The notes beneath the pieces were generated by a model. The model made no database searches. It worked only from the letters and a program-made list of their open reading frames with translations, and was not told the origin of the DNA. From assembly GCA_963707635.1 (NCBI GenBank), contig OY970173.1, forward strand, positions 128,001-192,000: a stretch of 64,000 nucleotides of DNA, in the 5' to 3' direction. Origin of the DNA: Candidatus Latescibacterota bacterium. GTDB lineage: Bacteria > Krumholzibacteriota > Krumholzibacteriia > WVZY01 > JAKEHA01. Of the stretch, positions 61,365 to 64,000 are shown one piece after another. The stretch's first letter is position 1. The number at the start of each line of letters is the position of its first letter. The position numbers and the translations under genes are program-made.

Positions 61365-62162
61365 ATGCCTCACAAGCTTGCGCTGCTGACTTCGGCCCTG
61401 TGTCTGCTCGTCTCCCCCCACTCCGTTCGGGCGCAGTCTCCCTATTCACTCGATTCCACGCGCGAGTGGGCGCTTTTCGGCACCGGCGTCGTCATGGGTC
61501 TCGGCGGGTTGTTCATGACCACCCACGTCGACCCGCTGACCCTGGACCAGATCAACAGCCTCGACGTGAACGACATCAACAGCTTCGACCGCGGATCGAT
61601 GCAGCCATACCGCGACGATCACGCGGGCGACGCCGTGACTTTTGCGTCGTACCTCGTGCCGCTGACGTTTCTCGCCCGCGACGACACCCGCGATGACTTC
61701 AAGACGCTCGGGACGATGTGGGTGGAGGCGACGCTGCTGAATCTGGGAATCAACGGGATCGTCAAGGCCGCGGTGGCGCGCACCCGCCCGTACGCCTACG
61801 ATCCCGACGCCCCGTTGGACAAGAAGACGGACCGCACCGCGCGCCTGTCGTTCTACTCCGGTCACACCACCTCGACCGCCACGAACTGCTTCTTTGCCGC
61901 CCGGGTGTTCTCGGACTACCTGACCGACGATACCGCCGAAGCGTTGCTATGGACGGGAGCCGTGTTGTACCCCGCGTTGAGCGGGTTCCTGCGGGTGGAC
62001 TCCGGGCACCATTTCACCACCGACGTGATCACCGGATACGTGATCGGCGCGTCCATCGGTCTGCTCGTGCCCGCCGTGCACCGCCACCAGGATGATCGGC
62101 TGTCGCTGCAGCCGACGTCCGGCGGCGTCAACATGGGGATCAGTTTTCAGCTGACGTTCTGA
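61365..62162 (+). CDS. PAP2-family phosphatase
   Basis: KAAVARTRP, SFYSGH, RVDSGHHFTTD. Confidence 0.9.
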   Translation: MPHKLALLTSALCLLVSPHSVRAQSPYSLDSTREWALFGTGVVMGLGGLFMTTHVDPLTLDQINSLDVNDINSFDRGSMQPYRDDHAGDAVTFASYLVPLTFLARDDTRDDFKTLGTMWVEATLLNLGINGIVKAAVARTRPYAYDPDAPLDKKTDRTARLSFYSGHTTSTATNCFFAARVFSDYLTDDTAEALLWTGAVLYPALSGFLRVDSGHHFTTDVITGYVIGASIGLLVPAVHRHQDDRLSLQPTSGGVNMGISFQLTF

Positions 62163-62189
62163 CCTCGATGGCGGGCGCTGACGCCGCGT

Positions 62190-63014
62190 TCAGTCCGACG
62201 GATACAACTTGGACGCCTTCTCGGCCGAGGTCGTGATGCCCTTGATCATCGCCGAGCTGAATCCCTCGTGTTCCATCTGGTTCAAGCCGGCGATCGTGCA
62301 TCCCCGCGGGGTCGTCACGCGGTCGATTTCGTATTCGGGGTGATTCTGCGCCGCCAGCAGCAGCGTCGCCGCGCCCCTCGCCGTCTGGGCGGCGATGGCC
62401 AGCGCCTCTTTCGAGTGAAAGCCGATTTCGATCCCGCCCTGCGATGCCGCCCGGATCGCGCGCAGGAAGAAGGCGACGCCGCACGCCCCCAGTGCGGTGG
62501 CGGCGATCATCCCGGTCTCCTCGATGACCTGGGTCTTTCCGACGGTTTCGAAGATCGACTTCGCCACGTCCAGCGCGGACGCATGACGCGCGTCCGCCGC
62601 GAGGCAGGTCATCGACTCGCGCACCGCGATCGCCGTGTTGGGCATCGCGCGCACGATGGCGACGCCGTCGCCGACCTTGCGCGCGATCTGGCGCGTGCCG
62701 ACCCCGGTCACCACCGAAATAACGGTGTGGCACCCCGGCGCGAGCTCGGGCGCGATCTCCTCGAGCACGTGATCCATGTGCTGCGGCTCGACAGCCACAA
62801 GGATAACGTCGGCGCTCTTCACCGCGCGGCGATTGTCCGGCTCGAGGACGAATCCCCGCGCCTTCAGCTCGCCGAGGAGTTCGATTCGCCGGCGGGTGAG
62901 CGTGATATGTTCGGGCCGGAACCTTCCCGAGTCCGCCAGGCCGCTCGCGATGGCCACGCCGATGTTTCCCGCGCCGATGATGGCGATACGACGCGTGTTC
63001 TTCTGGGCTTCCAT
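62190..63014 (-). CDS. proC: Pyrroline-5-carboxylate reductase
   Basis: IIGAGNIG, RAMPN, TALGACG, VTTPRGCTIAGL. Confidence 0.95.
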   Translation of the reverse strand: MEAQKNTRRIAIIGAGNIGVAIASGLADSGRFRPEHITLTRRRIELLGELKARGFVLEPDNRRAVKSADVILVAVEPQHMDHVLEEIAPELAPGCHTVISVVTGVGTRQIARKVGDGVAIVRAMPNTAIAVRESMTCLAADARHASALDVAKSIFETVGKTQVIEETGMIAATALGACGVAFFLRAIRAASQGGIEIGFHSKEALAIAAQTARGAATLLLAAQNHPEYEIDRVTTPRGCTIAGLNQMEHEGFSSAMIKGITTSAEKASKLYPSD

Positions 63015-63036
63015 AGTGTGCGCCGAGTGGCGTCTC

Positions 63037-63777
63037 CTACAGCGCGAAGTTGATCGCGATGCCCAGGCCATCCTGGGTCATGTCGTACTTGAAGTAGTCG
63101 CCCCCGGAGCCGGTCTCGCGGTCGAGGCTCAAGATCCGATACCCGACGCCCAACGCGACGGTATTGGACAATTCGTACGCGAGGGCTACATTGCCGAAAC
63201 CGGCGAAGTCGGACCCGCCCGCGCCGACGTCGGCGCGGATCGACGCGATCAGGCGCTTGGCGAGGTGCGTGCGGAAACGTGCTCCGACATAGATGTCCGC
63301 CCAGGTCTTGCTCCCCTCGTTCAACGGTGATCCCTGGAAATCCTCCTCCGCCTTCATCGAATACAAGCGCCCGGCCAGCCAGGCGTCCAGCTTGGGCGTC
63401 AACCGATACGCGCCCCCGACCTCCCAGATCCACTGCACGAAGCTGAGGTCGACGTCGACGAGGCTCGCCCCTACCTGGGCTTGTCTGATTTCTCCCAGCT
63501 TGACGTACGAAATGTCGGTCTGGAGCGTGAATTTCGGTTTGCGCGCTTCAAAGTAGGTCGCCCCCGCGAAATCGAGGAAACTGGCGAGATCGCTGAAGGT
63601 CGCGTCGACTGGGACGTCGCTTACGTTCGCGACACCGATCGTACCGTCGAGCCCCGCCAGCCAGGCATAGAAACCAAGATCACAATCCCATTCGTCGGCC
63701 GACGCGGGAGACGCCCACACCAGCGAAGCGGCAGTCAGGAGAACACCGAGCGGCACGAAAAAGCGGTTGAGCGTCAT
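63037..63777 (-). CDS. Outer-membrane beta-barrel protein
   Basis: Signal peptide, YAW...G, WADIYVGAR, RADVG, LGVGYR, alternating hydrophobic C-terminal strand. Confidence 0.75.
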   Translation of the reverse strand: MTLNRFFVPLGVLLTAASLVWASPASADEWDCDLGFYAWLAGLDGTIGVANVSDVPVDATFSDLASFLDFAGATYFEARKPKFTLQTDISYVKLGEIRQAQVGASLVDVDLSFVQWIWEVGGAYRLTPKLDAWLAGRLYSMKAEEDFQGSPLNEGSKTWADIYVGARFRTHLAKRLIASIRADVGAGGSDFAGFGNVALAYELSNTVALGVGYRILSLDRETGSGGDYFKYDMTQDGLGIAINFAL

Positions 63778-64000
63778 AGTCGACCTCTCATGGTCTGCGT
63801 GGAGACCGGACTCTACTCGCCTGTGCCGTATCTGTCAATCCGCCCGCATCCCCGGTTGGTGGCGTTGCAAGAACCCGTCGCGGTTACTTGAGCCGGGCGC
63901 GGTAGAATTCCTCGGCCCGGGTGACGGCTCGTGCGAGCCGGTCTCCAAACGGGTCCTTGCCCTCCTTGCTCAATCTGGAATAGAGAACGCGGTGCATGAC

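Overview
High-GC bacterial chromosomal segment, densely coding (~50 genes). I recognised no rRNA operon, tRNA, CRISPR array, integrase or transposase. Eight secreted proteins end in an FlgD-Ig/T9SS-type C-terminal domain (NxPNPFNPxTxI...WDGxxxxGxxVASGVY), which suggests an FCB-group lineage such as Krumholzibacteriota, Latescibacterota or Eisenbacteria (inference). Content: purF, proC, msrA, a lemA-TPM-TPM operon, an RRM RNA-binding protein, a KimA-like APC transporter, an ABC-2 exporter, a type III PKS + methyltransferase pair, scattered polysaccharide-modification genes, and a solute-binding protein/histidine kinase/sigma54-activator operon. The most unusual signals are non-coding: (1) a free-standing ~270-nt unit (15281-15582, minus) whose only credible ORF is 14 codons behind a 15-nt perfect complement to the 16S rRNA 3' end; (2) a short terminator-containing leader before the KimA-like transporter; (3) a ~145-nt multi-stem leader before a DUF4287/SRPBCC-like gene; (4) five copies of a 65-76 bp intergenic hairpin repeat with co-varying stems; (5) a complete enhancer/AT-tract/sigma54 promoter before a TPR lipoprotein. 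Several genes carry frameshifts, most likely consensus errors, and one has a clean 32-nt insertion. All calls are by eye; no database search or folding program was run.
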